A stretch of DNA of 64,000 nucleotides from an uncultured Steroidobacteraceae bacterium (GTDB lineage: Bacteria; Pseudomonadota; Gammaproteobacteria; Steroidobacterales; Steroidobacteraceae): NCBI GenBank assembly GCA_964400085.1, contig CAYNTW010000010.1, forward strand, positions 14,342 through 78,341, given 5' to 3'. A program made the translations under genes and the position numbers. The notes under the pieces were generated by a model. That model was not told where the DNA came from. It saw only the letters and a program-made list of their open reading frames with translations, and ran no database searches. The stretch's first letter is position 1, and the number at the start of each line of letters is the position of its first letter. Positions 33,955 through 43,576 of the stretch are shown piece after piece.

Positions 33955-35193
33955 CTAATGGCCCTTCAGCACCACCTCGAGGCTCTCGAGCAACACGTCG
34001 CCATCGGCGCGCGTGAAGGGCAGAGGCGGACGTATCTTCAACACGTCGAAGTGCTTACCCGCGGACCCAATCAGCACTCCCGCGCGCCGCAACTCGTTGA
34101 CAACACGCGTGGTGACCTCCCGATTCTCCAACTGCACACCCAGGAACAGCCCGGCACCCCGAACCTCCCTTATCATCGGATATCGACTCGCCAACGACAG
34201 CAGCCCCTGTTGCAAATAGCGCCCCGTTTCGCGTGCATTGGCGACGAGGCCCTCCCGCTCAATCACATCCAGCACCGCGAGCGCAACCTCGCAGGAAACC
34301 GTATTCCCCCCAAACGTGTTGAAATATCGATGCTGCCGCGCGAACTCCCCCATCACCTCCGGCCGCGCGACCAGCGCCGCCACCGGATGCCCATTACCCA
34401 TGGGTTTTCCCATCGTCACCAGGTCCGGCACCACCCCATGCCGTTGAAATCCCCACATGGCATCGCCCGTTCGCCCAAATCCCGGCTGGACCTCATCGGC
34501 AATGAACAGTCCGCCCGCAGCTCGAATCTCCGCAACGGCCTCCGCCAGAAACCCGGCCGGGTGCGACGCCACCCCATCACTGCCGAAAATCGTATCGACC
34601 AACAGCGCCGCCGGCTCCACGCCAGCCCGTCTCATCCCACCGATGCACTCTCGCACCCTCGAGGCAAACTCCATCGCGCCGCGAGCATTCACCGGCGCCT
34701 CGACCGTAAACACCTCTGGCGCCGTCGCCACTCCCGTCACAGGCGACATTCGCGATAACGTTTCGGTCGTTCCGTGGTAAGCACCCTCCGTGACAATGAA
34801 CCCCGTCCTCCCTGTGGCGACCTTGCTGATCCGCACAGCCAGATCATTCGACTCGCTACCCGTACAGGTAAAGGTGACGGACGTAAGCTCCCGCGGCAAA
34901 GTCACCAGCAACCGTTCCGCCAACTCTACGGGGGTATCGGTGATATACCGCGTGTGTGTATTGAGCTGGGCCGCTTGCCTGCCCAGTCGCGCAACCACCT
35001 CAGGGTGGCAGTGCCCAACCACCGGCACATTGTTGTAGCAATCGAGATATCGACGCCCCTCGGCATCGAACAACCAGACGCCTTCCGCGCGAACGATATG
35101 CAGCGGCTCCTCATAGAACAGCCGGTAGGTCGGCGCAAGAACCCGAGCCCGCCGCGCGAGCGCTTCACCTATGGACGAGGCAGGACCTGACAT
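33955..35193 (-). CDS. class-III PLP enzyme of the ETNPPL/AGXT2L type (candidate amino-alcohol-phosphate phospho-lyase)
   Basis: ORF trimmed to MSGPASSIGEAL. Motifs YLDCYNNVPVVGHCHPEVV, GSESNDLAVR, ADEVQPGFGRTG and VTMGKPMGNGHP closely match those I recall for ethanolamine-phosphate / 5-phosphohydroxylysine phospho-lyases. Confidence 0.7.
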   Translation of the reverse strand: MSGPASSIGEALARRARVLAPTYRLFYEEPLHIVRAEGVWLFDAEGRRYLDCYNNVPVVGHCHPEVVARLGRQAAQLNTHTRYITDTPVELAERLLVTLPRELTSVTFTCTGSESNDLAVRISKVATGRTGFIVTEGAYHGTTETLSRMSPVTGVATAPEVFTVEAPVNARGAMEFASRVRECIGGMRRAGVEPAALLVDTIFGSDGVASHPAGFLAEAVAEIRAAGGLFIADEVQPGFGRTGDAMWGFQRHGVVPDLVTMGKPMGNGHPVAALVARPEVMGEFARQHRYFNTFGGNTVSCEVALAVLDVIEREGLVANARETGRYLQQGLLSLASRYPMIREVRGAGLFLGVQLENREVTTRVVNELRRAGVLIGSAGKHFDVLKIRPPLPFTRADGDVLLESLEVVLKGH

Positions 35194-36193
35194 GGCCGCT
35201 CTCCTTGAACGGTAGAGTAGGGGACACCAGACGCTTCGCGAACTCAACCCGCCACTCGAAGAAGCTGGCATCGAACCCGTCAAAATGTCCGCCGGTCGGG
35301 TACTGGTTCCGATGCCACGCGGTCAACACGACGTTCAGCACAATTCGTCCCGCGATGAGCCAATCGAGTATCGCCAGCTCCTCCACACGCAGCGGCTCCA
35401 CTTCGCAATACGCCGCCACGAACTCACGAGCCGCCTCATCCGCCGTTTCGGGCGTGGCCAGCTGGCCCGTGACTCCCACAGCCACATCAGCCACCAGCGC
35501 GGTGTAAACCGCATCACCGAAATCGATGATCCCGGCCACACGCGAGTCGTCCTCAGCATCAACAATGATGTTGCGCGCGTTGAAGTCATTGTGGACGAAC
35601 TGATGGCGTAACCCGGCCAGACGCGGCGCAATCTCCGCGGTGAATTGCGCGACGAACTCCTGCAGGAACCCCACGCTTGGCAGCTCAGGAAGTCTCGGGA
35701 TCAGACTCGCTATGTTCGGCACCCGGGCCACATCCCAGGCAACCTCGCGCTGTGCCGCGACTGATTCGAAACTCCTCAACGCTTGTGCCAAACGCGCAAG
35801 CAGCCTCCCGCAAGCCTGACGTTGACCCGGCGACCGTGTGGCCGACATGAGCTGCTTGCCAGACAAAAAGGTGCATAGGCACGCACTCCGGATCTGTCCC
35901 GAAGAGTCACTGAAGATGACTTGAGTGCGACCGTCCGCTGTCCGGACTAAGCGTGGCACGGGAAGATCCGCCGCGACATTCTCCAGATGGAGCAATACCG
36001 AGGGCACCAATCCCGCCATGGCTGCCGATTCACCCGCGGGCGCGACCTTGAAAACGTAGCCGGCGCCGTTGCCAACGAGCATCCGGAAATTCTCGTCGCG
36101 GTCTCCGGTCAGTCGCTGAGCCCGCGCATCGATCCCGTACTGCTCCCAGACGAGCCACTCCACATACTCGAGCGCAAGAGGCGGACGGCTCAT
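35165..36193 (-). CDS. APH-family phosphotransferase (hydroxylysine-kinase-like small-molecule kinase)
   Basis: 342 aa with the catalytic loop FVHNDFNARNIIV and metal site IIDFGD. Overlaps the downstream PLP gene by 29 nt. Confidence 0.75.
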   Translation of the reverse strand: MSRPPLALEYVEWLVWEQYGIDARAQRLTGDRDENFRMLVGNGAGYVFKVAPAGESAAMAGLVPSVLLHLENVAADLPVPRLVRTADGRTQVIFSDSSGQIRSACLCTFLSGKQLMSATRSPGQRQACGRLLARLAQALRSFESVAAQREVAWDVARVPNIASLIPRLPELPSVGFLQEFVAQFTAEIAPRLAGLRHQFVHNDFNARNIIVDAEDDSRVAGIIDFGDAVYTALVADVAVGVTGQLATPETADEAAREFVAAYCEVEPLRVEELAILDWLIAGRIVLNVVLTAWHRNQYPTGGHFDGFDASFFEWRVEFAKRLVSPTLPFKESGHVRSCLVHR

Positions 36194-36288
36194 CGATCCA
36201 ACCCAGCCGGTGCGTGCATCACCTCAGGTCATCCTGGGTATTTGACAGCCGCGGTATCGCCTTGCGTGATCATCACCCACCTCGCGCG

Positions 36289-38844
36289 TCAGAAGTGCGT
36301 CCGGAACTCCAATCCGATCGTCTGTGGTTGATTGGTGACCAGGCGTGGCCGACCCACGGTCTCCGCCCCGATGGAACGGCTGTCCGCCAGGTTGGCATGC
36401 TGGTTGGCCAGGTTCTTGCCGACCAGTGCGATTTCCCAATCATTGTGATCGAGCGCGATGCGTGCGTTCAACACGTCATACCCCGGGCGCTCACGGGTGC
36501 TGAAACCATTCACCCCGGTGATGTTGTTCGCGCTGAAGCTGCGCCCCACATAGGAATAGTCGAGACTCGGAACGATCCGGTCGGATCCCCACACCGGCTG
36601 AGTCCAGGCCAACGAAGCGTTCGCCGTGACATCGGGGACCTCAAAGACCGGATCTCCTGGCCGTTGCGGGGAGTCCGCGCCAGCCTGGGTTATCTTGGCA
36701 TTCTGATAACCGATGCCGAGGGAGACCTGCAGCGGTTGCAGTGGCCGGGCATTGAGCTCGATCTCGCCACCCTTGCTGGTGGCCGCGCCGGCATTGGCTC
36801 GGTACTGGAACCCGCAGCCCAACAGAATCCACTGCTGAATGTTTTTCCAGTCGACATAGAACGCCGCCGCATCGACCGTCAAACGGTTATCGAACCAGGA
36901 GCTCTTCAATCCAAGCTCATAGTTCCACAGCGAGTCAGACTTGAAAGCCCGGGTCTGATCGACTGTTACCCCCGGAGGAAGTTGTGTACCGCACAAAGCC
37001 TCAGGGACCGACGGCACCAGCCCTCCCGGCCGGAAGCCTTTCGCGGCCGTCGTGTAGAGCATGACGTCCGGATTGATGTGATAATCGACTTGCACCTTGG
37101 GGGTTGTGCTGCTCTCTTTGGTCGTCACTGTCGCGTCGACCAACTGGCCGATACCAGCGTAGTAGTCCTGCACGGACTCCGTGACCGTACCTTCCTGGTA
37201 ACCTCCGGCCGTTGTTTTCACCTGGCTCCAACGCAGGCCCACCGTCGCCTTCCACCCCGGCGCGAACTTGTAGGACACCTCGCTGAAAATCGCCGGCTCC
37301 TTGATACTGGTGTTGTAGTTGGTCCCGAAGATCTCGTCCGGATTGCGCGGATTCGGGCACAGATAGGTCCCCAGCGGCGCATTCGGCGGACACAGATTGA
37401 AGACATTCAACAGGATATTGCCGAGCCCGGCCACCGTATTGGCCGGATAGTAGGCCGCGAAAGGAATCTGGCCGTGCAGGTCGGAATAGAACGCACCCAC
37501 CACGAATTGCACGGGCCCCGACAACTGCGACACGAACCGGATCTCCTCGACCAGGCGTCGATAGTTCTTCTGCTCCGAGACCGAGTCGGGGAGTGCCTGA
37601 TAGCCGGCGAGCAGGTCGCCGTACAGCCAGTCCGAGACATCCTCAGTCTCGAACACCTTGCGGCTGAAGTAGGCGGTGGAAGAGATCAGCTCACCCGCGC
37701 TGGTGTTCCAATGGACATTGAGGCTCGCCAGGTTCCAGGTGTCGTAGCCACCTTCGGGGATGTTGAACATCCGCGCCTGTGTGAAGTCGTTCGCGTGCAG
37801 CGCCGGCAGGATCGGCGGTACTGCCGGCGGGGGTATCGGGTAACCGTAGCCGTTGTCCGTAGCGGTGGGGGCATCTGTCATCGGAAAGCCGTTGTACTCC
37901 GCCCGCTGCGCCATGAAACGCGGCGTGATGGTCAGATCGTCGCTCACCTTGATCGTGAGGCTCGCCGCGCCCCCGTAGGTCTTGACCTCCCCGATGTTAT
38001 CCAGCACGGTGACCTGAGACCGATTGGTGTTGACCGACAGCGGTGTGCATGTCGGTGTGGCATTGAGGTTGAAGGCCGTCGTGTTGGGGTCGGTGCAGTA
38101 GCTGCGCTTGAAATACCCGGCCTCCTCGTCGTAGAACCCCGAAAGCCGCAGGGCAACCCGATCCGCGATCACCGGGATGTTGACCACCCCGTCAGCCGTG
38201 TAGTTCGGCCGGTTCGTGTTCCAGGTGTCCGACAGCCCGGCATGCACGTCAGCCGAGAATCCCTTGAGATCCGGCGTTTTCGTGATGATCCGGACCGTGC
38301 CGCCCATGGAGCGAGCGCCATACAGGGTACCTTGCGGTCCGCGCAGCACCTCGATGTGATCGATGTCGAGCACTCGCGGATCGATCGAATCCGGCAGTGG
38401 CGTGTCATCGATGTAGAAACCGGTCGTGTTATCTCCGGAGATACCCCGAATGGAGATGGTGCGGGAGGTGCCGACACCGTCCCCCGTCATGGCGAAAGCG
38501 AGATTGGGAACCTTGGTGCCGTAGTCGAAGAAGTTCGTGATCGACTGCTGCTGCAGCTCCTTCTCGCTGAAGGTCGTGATGGACAGGGGGACACTCTGTG
38601 CGGTCTCGGCCCGCTTGGTGGCCGTGACCGTAACCTCCTCCAGTCCTTCCGACGGCGCAGCGGCCGTTTCGGCAGCCGGTGCGGTGCCAATCCAGCACCC
38701 CATGGTGACCGCACAGACGGAGGCCAGAGGGATGCGGCCCCATCGCGCTGGGTATGTAACGTCCTGCGCACACCCTGGTTTGTTATAAGCTTTCAGAAAT
38801 ATCGGCAGCATGTTATTCAAACCCCCAGAACGCGGAAAATTCAC
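36289..38844 (-). CDS. TonB-dependent outer-membrane receptor
   Basis: 851 aa with plug motif (EEVTVTATKRAETAQSVPLSI) and C-terminal LEFRTHF. The exact start is uncertain because the N-terminal 45 aa are an atypical signal region. Confidence 0.85.
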   Translation of the reverse strand: MNFPRSGGLNNMLPIFLKAYNKPGCAQDVTYPARWGRIPLASVCAVTMGCWIGTAPAAETAAAPSEGLEEVTVTATKRAETAQSVPLSITTFSEKELQQQSITNFFDYGTKVPNLAFAMTGDGVGTSRTISIRGISGDNTTGFYIDDTPLPDSIDPRVLDIDHIEVLRGPQGTLYGARSMGGTVRIITKTPDLKGFSADVHAGLSDTWNTNRPNYTADGVVNIPVIADRVALRLSGFYDEEAGYFKRSYCTDPNTTAFNLNATPTCTPLSVNTNRSQVTVLDNIGEVKTYGGAASLTIKVSDDLTITPRFMAQRAEYNGFPMTDAPTATDNGYGYPIPPPAVPPILPALHANDFTQARMFNIPEGGYDTWNLASLNVHWNTSAGELISSTAYFSRKVFETEDVSDWLYGDLLAGYQALPDSVSEQKNYRRLVEEIRFVSQLSGPVQFVVGAFYSDLHGQIPFAAYYPANTVAGLGNILLNVFNLCPPNAPLGTYLCPNPRNPDEIFGTNYNTSIKEPAIFSEVSYKFAPGWKATVGLRWSQVKTTAGGYQEGTVTESVQDYYAGIGQLVDATVTTKESSTTPKVQVDYHINPDVMLYTTAAKGFRPGGLVPSVPEALCGTQLPPGVTVDQTRAFKSDSLWNYELGLKSSWFDNRLTVDAAAFYVDWKNIQQWILLGCGFQYRANAGAATSKGGEIELNARPLQPLQVSLGIGYQNAKITQAGADSPQRPGDPVFEVPDVTANASLAWTQPVWGSDRIVPSLDYSYVGRSFSANNITGVNGFSTRERPGYDVLNARIALDHNDWEIALVGKNLANQHANLADSRSIGAETVGRPRLVTNQPQTIGLEFRTHF

Positions 38845-38877
38845 TACGCGGCCGCCCAGCCCACGCGGGTCGTCAGG

Positions 38878-40449
38878 TCAGGCGAGCTGCGCTTCAATCA
38901 AGTAGGGCCCTTGTGTCTGCAAGCCGACGCTCAGGGCCTCTCGGAATTCATCAGTGGTCGTAGCACGGCACCCGGGCACTCCATATCCGTTCGCCAACGC
39001 GAGCCAATCCACACGAGGCGAGTCGATACGGGTGAGATGAGCGATCGCTGAACGATCCAGTGCGGCACCCGAGCGTCGCAGCTCCGTTTGCAGGATTCCG
39101 TAACGATGATTGGCACACAGGATCACAGTCACGTTGAGGCCCTCTCGGGCCATCGTCCACAGTGCTTGCACGGTGTACTGAGCACTGCCGTCGGACTGAA
39201 GGCAGATGACGCGCGCCTCGGGGGCGGCTACCGCGGCGCCGACGGCACATGACAGACCCTGTCCAATGGCTCCGCCAGTGTTGGTCATGACACGGTGTTG
39301 GCGGGCGCGGTACGCGCGCTGCAGGTAAGGTCCACCGGCTGTCGAGCCCTCGAGCGAGACGATTGCCCCTGCCGGGATTTGCTGCACCAGCGCTTCCGCA
39401 AGCGACGTCGGCGACAGAGCGGCCGAGTCGTCAGGTTGAGGCGCCGGCAGCGGCGGCGGTGCCCGAGCGGGCTTGGCCGCTCCACGAACCTGCTCAGCGA
39501 GTTGCTCGAGGGCGAGAGTCCCATCCTCACCGGGAGAGGAGAGCTCAACCAACTGTTTGTCGTGGACGAGTTGGCTCGGCTGGCCCGCGTAGCCGAAGTA
39601 GCTCACCGGCGCTCGGGCTCCGGCCAGGAGGACGCAGCCGTCGCCGAGTTGCTTGATCACATCATCCGGAAAGTATGCCAGCCGCTCCAACCGCGGTAGA
39701 TCCCCACCCAGGGGGACGATGGCAGGGTAGGACTCCATGATGAGTCGCGCTCCCGTCGCTTGGGCAATAGTCGCGGCGGCGCGCTGTGCGCGCTCGTTCA
39801 AAGCGTCGAATCCCAACAGGATGACCGCAGGTTCCCCTGCGAGCAGACGGGTGGAAGCGCTGACGATCCGGTGCGGGCTAACCGGGAGCGCCGCTTTTGC
39901 CGGAGCGTCCGGTGCGAGAGGCACCGACCCTGCTTCGATGGGATCCTCCATCAAATCGCTCGGCGCAATCAAGGTCACAACCCCTCCGGGTCGCGCCATC
40001 GACGCTGCCACCGCCTCGCGCATTGACGACACGATGGTTGCGCTCGACTTCAGTCGAATCACATGGGCCGACATAGGAGTCGCAAGCGATTCGATATCGG
40101 ACGTCAACGGTGCATCGAAGCGGAGGTGCCAGGTCGCGTGATCACCCACAATGTTGATGATAGGAGAATGCGCGCGGCGGGCGTTGTGGAGATTGGCAAG
40201 CCCGTTGGCCAGACCGGGGCCCAAGTGCAACAGGGTGAGCGCGGGTGTCCCCGATACCCGTGCATAGCCGTCGGCCGCGCCGGTGCACACCCCCTCGAAA
40301 AGACCTAATACCGGCCGGATGCCCGGCACTTCGTCCAGCGCCCGAACCAAAGCCAACTCGGTCGTTCCGGGATTGGCAAAACAGACGCGCACGCCCAAGT
40401 TGTGCGCGGTATCCAGCAACGCCTGTGCGCCGCTAGGGGACGTGCTCAC
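38878..40449 (-). CDS. thiamine-diphosphate-dependent enzyme (acetolactate synthase large subunit / benzoylformate decarboxylase-like)
   Basis: 523 aa with an N-terminal Pyr domain (VCFANPGTTELALVRAL...GAADGYAR). C-terminal ThDP-binding region is LQSDGSAQYTVQALWT...ILCANHRYG. Confidence 0.8.
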   Translation of the reverse strand: MSTSPSGAQALLDTAHNLGVRVCFANPGTTELALVRALDEVPGIRPVLGLFEGVCTGAADGYARVSGTPALTLLHLGPGLANGLANLHNARRAHSPIINIVGDHATWHLRFDAPLTSDIESLATPMSAHVIRLKSSATIVSSMREAVAASMARPGGVVTLIAPSDLMEDPIEAGSVPLAPDAPAKAALPVSPHRIVSASTRLLAGEPAVILLGFDALNERAQRAAATIAQATGARLIMESYPAIVPLGGDLPRLERLAYFPDDVIKQLGDGCVLLAGARAPVSYFGYAGQPSQLVHDKQLVELSSPGEDGTLALEQLAEQVRGAAKPARAPPPLPAPQPDDSAALSPTSLAEALVQQIPAGAIVSLEGSTAGGPYLQRAYRARQHRVMTNTGGAIGQGLSCAVGAAVAAPEARVICLQSDGSAQYTVQALWTMAREGLNVTVILCANHRYGILQTELRRSGAALDRSAIAHLTRIDSPRVDWLALANGYGVPGCRATTTDEFREALSVGLQTQGPYLIEAQLA

Positions 40450-41816
40450 TGGAGCTCTCGCGCGATGAATTCGAGGCCGCCCTGGAACTTGCTGACCAAC
40501 TCGTCGATCTCGGCTTTCTGGATCACCAGCGGTGGGGCGAACACCAACGTGTCCCCGAGCGCCCGCGAGATCAGTCCTCGGGAGAACAGGTTCTTCAGCA
40601 GTCGGCGGCCGACGAAGGCTTCTTTGGGGAAGGCCTGCTTGGTGGCGCGATCCTTGACCAACTCCACTCCGAGCATGAACCCGGCACCGCGGATTTCCCC
40701 GACCAGGGGATGATCACCCACCGCGGCGCGCATCTGGCTGTGGAGATAGGGGGCGAGCTCGGCCACATGTGCCACCACTCGCTCCTGGTCGATGAGTTTC
40801 AGCGTGGCGAGCGCCGCGGCCGCCCCAACAGGGTGAGCGGAATAGGTATAGCCGTGCCCGAAGAGTCCCGCCTTGCCGGATTCCGACTCGATAACCTGCC
40901 AGATCTTCGGTGACACGAAGCAGACCGACATCGGGAAGTAGCCGCTGGTCACCCCCTTGGCGGCGGTGAGGAGGTCGGGTTCGACCTTGAACTTCTGGCT
41001 GCCCCAATAGGTGCCCAGCCGCCCGAAGCCGGAGACGACTTCGTCCATCACCAGCAGAATGTCGTGACGACGCAGGATGGGTACGATCGCCTCGAAGTAC
41101 CCTTCAGGGGGCGCGATCAGTCCACCGGCGCCCATCACGGGCTCGGCGAAGAAGGCGGCAATCGTGTCGGCACCCTCGCGCTCGATGAGGGCTTCCAACT
41201 CCTTGGCCAGACGTTGCGAGAACTGGCGCTCCGTCATGCCCGCGGGGGCTTGCCGGTAATGATGCGGCGCAGTCACATGCAGGATCGGCCCCAGCGGTAG
41301 ATCGAACAGGGTATGCATCCCCGGCAGGCCAGTGAGGCTCGCGGTAGCGATGCCGGAGCCGTGATAGGCGTTCCAACGGCTGATGATCTTCTTCTTGCGC
41401 GGGCGACCCAGGAGATTGTTGTAGTACCAGATCAGCTTCAGCTGGGTCTCGTTGGCATCGCTCCCGGAGGCTCCGAAGAACACCCGGGCCATCGGTGCCG
41501 GCGCACGCGCCAGGAGGGCTTCGGCACACTCGATCGCGACATCCGTGGACATGCTGTTGAAAGCGTGAAAGAACGAGAGCTTTCTGCTCTGGGCAGCGAT
41601 GGCATCTGAGATCTCACTCCTGCCATAGCCGAGGTTCACGCACCACAGGCCCGCCATGCCGTCCAGGTATTCCTGCCCGCGGATGTCCTTGACGCGGACC
41701 CCTTTGGCTTCGGAGATGACGATCGGTCCGTCGCGCAGATGGTCGGCGACCGAGGTGAAGGGGTGAAAGAGGCTTTCCCGATCGATTCGGCCGGCGTTCT
41801 GTGGATCCAGGGTCAT
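40446..41816 (-). CDS. class-III aminotransferase (omega-amino acid/amine:pyruvate transaminase-like)
   Basis: 456 aa with GLWCVNLGYGR, FFAEPVMGAGG, MDEVVSGFGRLG and LTAAKGVTSGY (PLP Lys). ATGA overlap with the ThDP enzyme gene. Confidence 0.85.
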   Translation of the reverse strand: MTLDPQNAGRIDRESLFHPFTSVADHLRDGPIVISEAKGVRVKDIRGQEYLDGMAGLWCVNLGYGRSEISDAIAAQSRKLSFFHAFNSMSTDVAIECAEALLARAPAPMARVFFGASGSDANETQLKLIWYYNNLLGRPRKKKIISRWNAYHGSGIATASLTGLPGMHTLFDLPLGPILHVTAPHHYRQAPAGMTERQFSQRLAKELEALIEREGADTIAAFFAEPVMGAGGLIAPPEGYFEAIVPILRRHDILLVMDEVVSGFGRLGTYWGSQKFKVEPDLLTAAKGVTSGYFPMSVCFVSPKIWQVIESESGKAGLFGHGYTYSAHPVGAAAALATLKLIDQERVVAHVAELAPYLHSQMRAAVGDHPLVGEIRGAGFMLGVELVKDRATKQAFPKEAFVGRRLLKNLFSRGLISRALGDTLVFAPPLVIQKAEIDELVSKFQGGLEFIARELQ

Positions 41817-41884
41817 CGTTTACTCCCAATGCTCGCAGCGGGCGCGGCTCTCGCCGTGGGTGAGAGCCACAACTTAGCGCTTTT

Positions 41885-41899
41885 TTGTATTAGATACAA
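41885..41899. promoter_or_regulatory. inverted repeat TTGTAT-TAG-ATACAA upstream of the transaminase operon
   Basis: Perfect 6-nt arms in an AT-rich 156-nt gap, about 70 nt upstream of the start at 41816(-). Confidence 0.3.
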
Positions 41900-41972
41900 T
41901 ATAGCTCAAAAACGGCATTTAGTTGACGGAATGCAACAAACGGCGAAGCGCTCCCCGTGCCGCCGGAAAACA

Positions 41973-42824
41973 TCAATGTCCCAGGAGCGGTGTGAGAAAA
42001 CGGTCGACGTGAGCCAGGAATTCTTGTGGCGCGTCGTCGTGAACATAGTGCCCCGCGCCGGCGACGCTGATGGCGTGAATGTTCGGATTACGGCTGCACA
42101 CGGCGGCCACGGTGCCCGCCGGACAGAAGTCGGAAGCGCCACCATGGATGATCAATGTTGGCGTCTTGATCCGCTCGATCACAGGCCAGAGATCCACCGA
42201 CCGACTCGGATCCGGTGCGATTCGTGTCGCACGGATGCCTTCAGCGTCGTAACGCCAGACAATGCGACCGCCAGGCTCTTCGCGCATACTCTCGTGCAGC
42301 CGTTGCTCGAGGGCGGCAGCACTCAGCGAAGGCCTCAGCCCTCCCCAGTACGCGCGTGCCTCGGTCCAGGACGCGAAGCTCGAGGGCAGGGTCTGCATTT
42401 CCCTGACGATCCGCTGCGCGCCCGGGCCGGAGGCCGATGATCCGGGTGCGATGTCTTCGATCACCAGCGCCGTGAGGCGTTCGGGATGGCGCGCGGCATA
42501 GACATAGGATGTGGTGCCGCCCATCGAGTGTCCGAGCAGCGCGAAGCGTTGCAGATGGAGTTGGTCAACCACACTCTCCAGATCTGTCAGGTAGGTATCG
42601 GTGTAGTAATTGCGCTGTGGATCCCAGTCACTCTCGCCCCGACCGCGCTGATCGTAGGCGATCAGTCGATAGCGGTCGCCAAGCGCCGCGGCCAGAGCGC
42701 GCCACGTGCCGGAAAAACCGCGCAATCCGTGCAGCAGCACCAGGGCCGGGGCCTCTGGCCGGCCCCATTCCCGACACAACAATCGCAAGCCGTTGACTTG
42801 CAGATAGCGCGTGCGCTCTTCCAT
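41973..42824 (-). CDS. alpha/beta-fold hydrolase
   Basis: 283 aa with HG oxyanion motif (LVLLHGLRG) and nucleophile elbow GHSMGG. Confidence 0.85.
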   Translation of the reverse strand: MEERTRYLQVNGLRLLCREWGRPEAPALVLLHGLRGFSGTWRALAAALGDRYRLIAYDQRGRGESDWDPQRNYYTDTYLTDLESVVDQLHLQRFALLGHSMGGTTSYVYAARHPERLTALVIEDIAPGSSASGPGAQRIVREMQTLPSSFASWTEARAYWGGLRPSLSAAALEQRLHESMREEPGGRIVWRYDAEGIRATRIAPDPSRSVDLWPVIERIKTPTLIIHGGASDFCPAGTVAAVCSRNPNIHAISVAGAGHYVHDDAPQEFLAHVDRFLTPLLGH

Positions 42825-42826
42825 GA

Positions 42827-43435
42827 CTAGCGCAGCCCATCCTTGCCCACGATCTCGTTGGGTTTGATTCCCCCGAGGCGGGCGTGCAGCCGCCCGCGTG
42901 TGGCCACCGCTACCGCGATCACCACCTCATCAGGAGCCGGGGCATCGGTGAACGAAACGGAAATCGTGTCGTAATGCGAGCGCACGTACAACGCGTCCTT
43001 GTGGGCCAGCGGGATATCGATCGTTGCGCCGGGACCGGCCCGTTTGCCGGTCGAGGGGATCCACGCCTTGCCGCCACCCAGGGCCTCGCGGATGGGATTG
43101 GCAAATTCGGTGGTAAGAAACGCGTTGCCGTGCTCGTACTCGCCGTTGGTGCCGACGAGCGCGGCCTTGCCATAGCTTTGTACGGCGGTGCCGGCGAGAC
43201 TGGCCTGGAAGCGTTTCCCGAACTCACGCCCGAGTCGGGAGGATTGCCGGATCACCGTGTCGAAGTTGTCCACGAATTCTCCGGCATGCGGATTGTGAAC
43301 CGCTGCCGCCAGGACGATCTTGACGACCGGCTCGCCGTCGCCGAGGCGGCCGGTCTCGAGCGCCAGGGTCTCTTCACGAAATTCGTACCATTTCCGGATA
43401 TGGAGGCCGTGAAAGTTCACAGGGCGCGAGGTCAT
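42827..43435 (-). CDS. 'amino acid synthesis' family protein (AA_synth, formerly DUF1185), function unknown
   Basis: ORF trimmed to MTSRPVNFHGLHIRKWYEF. Sequence (VKIVLAAAVHNPHAG...YGKAALVGTNGEYEHG...IDIPLAHKD) matches my memory of this family. Confidence 0.6.
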   Translation of the reverse strand: MTSRPVNFHGLHIRKWYEFREETLALETGRLGDGEPVVKIVLAAAVHNPHAGEFVDNFDTVIRQSSRLGREFGKRFQASLAGTAVQSYGKAALVGTNGEYEHGNAFLTTEFANPIREALGGGKAWIPSTGKRAGPGATIDIPLAHKDALYVRSHYDTISVSFTDAPAPDEVVIAVAVATRGRLHARLGGIKPNEIVGKDGLR

Positions 43436-43540
43436 GGAAAATCTCCGGGTGGATGCTGGCAACGAACGGGAAACAATTGACCCTAAAGTAAGCGTATCAT
43501 TGCAATCGGTCAACGGAGAACGGCGCCGGCGGGCTTTCTG

Positions 43541-43554
43541 TTGACGTAAGTCAA
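43541..43554. promoter_or_regulatory. inverted repeat TTGAC-GTAA-GTCAA in a LysR divergent promoter region
   Basis: Perfect 5-nt arms, about 25 nt upstream of the LysR start. Followed by an A7 run and a GGAGAG Shine-Dalgarno. Confidence 0.35.
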
Positions 43555-43576
43555 AAAAAGGAGAGAATTGTTGACC

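Noticed and set aside
36214-39051. 945-aa ORF on the plus strand, the longest ORF in this part of the track
   Set aside because: It lies entirely antisense to a well-supported TonB receptor and ThDP enzyme. The translation is Arg/Gly/Pro/His-rich with no recognisable motifs, which is typical of a shadow ORF in GC-rich DNA.
38878-41816. Transaminase plus ThDP enzyme as taurine:pyruvate aminotransferase (Tpa) plus sulfoacetaldehyde acetyltransferase (Xsc), tied to the TauE/SafE-type permease at 2275..3165
   Set aside because: At 523 aa, the ThDP protein is markedly shorter than the Xsc enzymes I remember, and its N-terminal motifs resemble the decarboxylase/acetolactate-synthase branch. The TSUP gene is 36 kb away. 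No pta or sulfite dehydrogenase is nearby. A profile search against Xsc would settle it.
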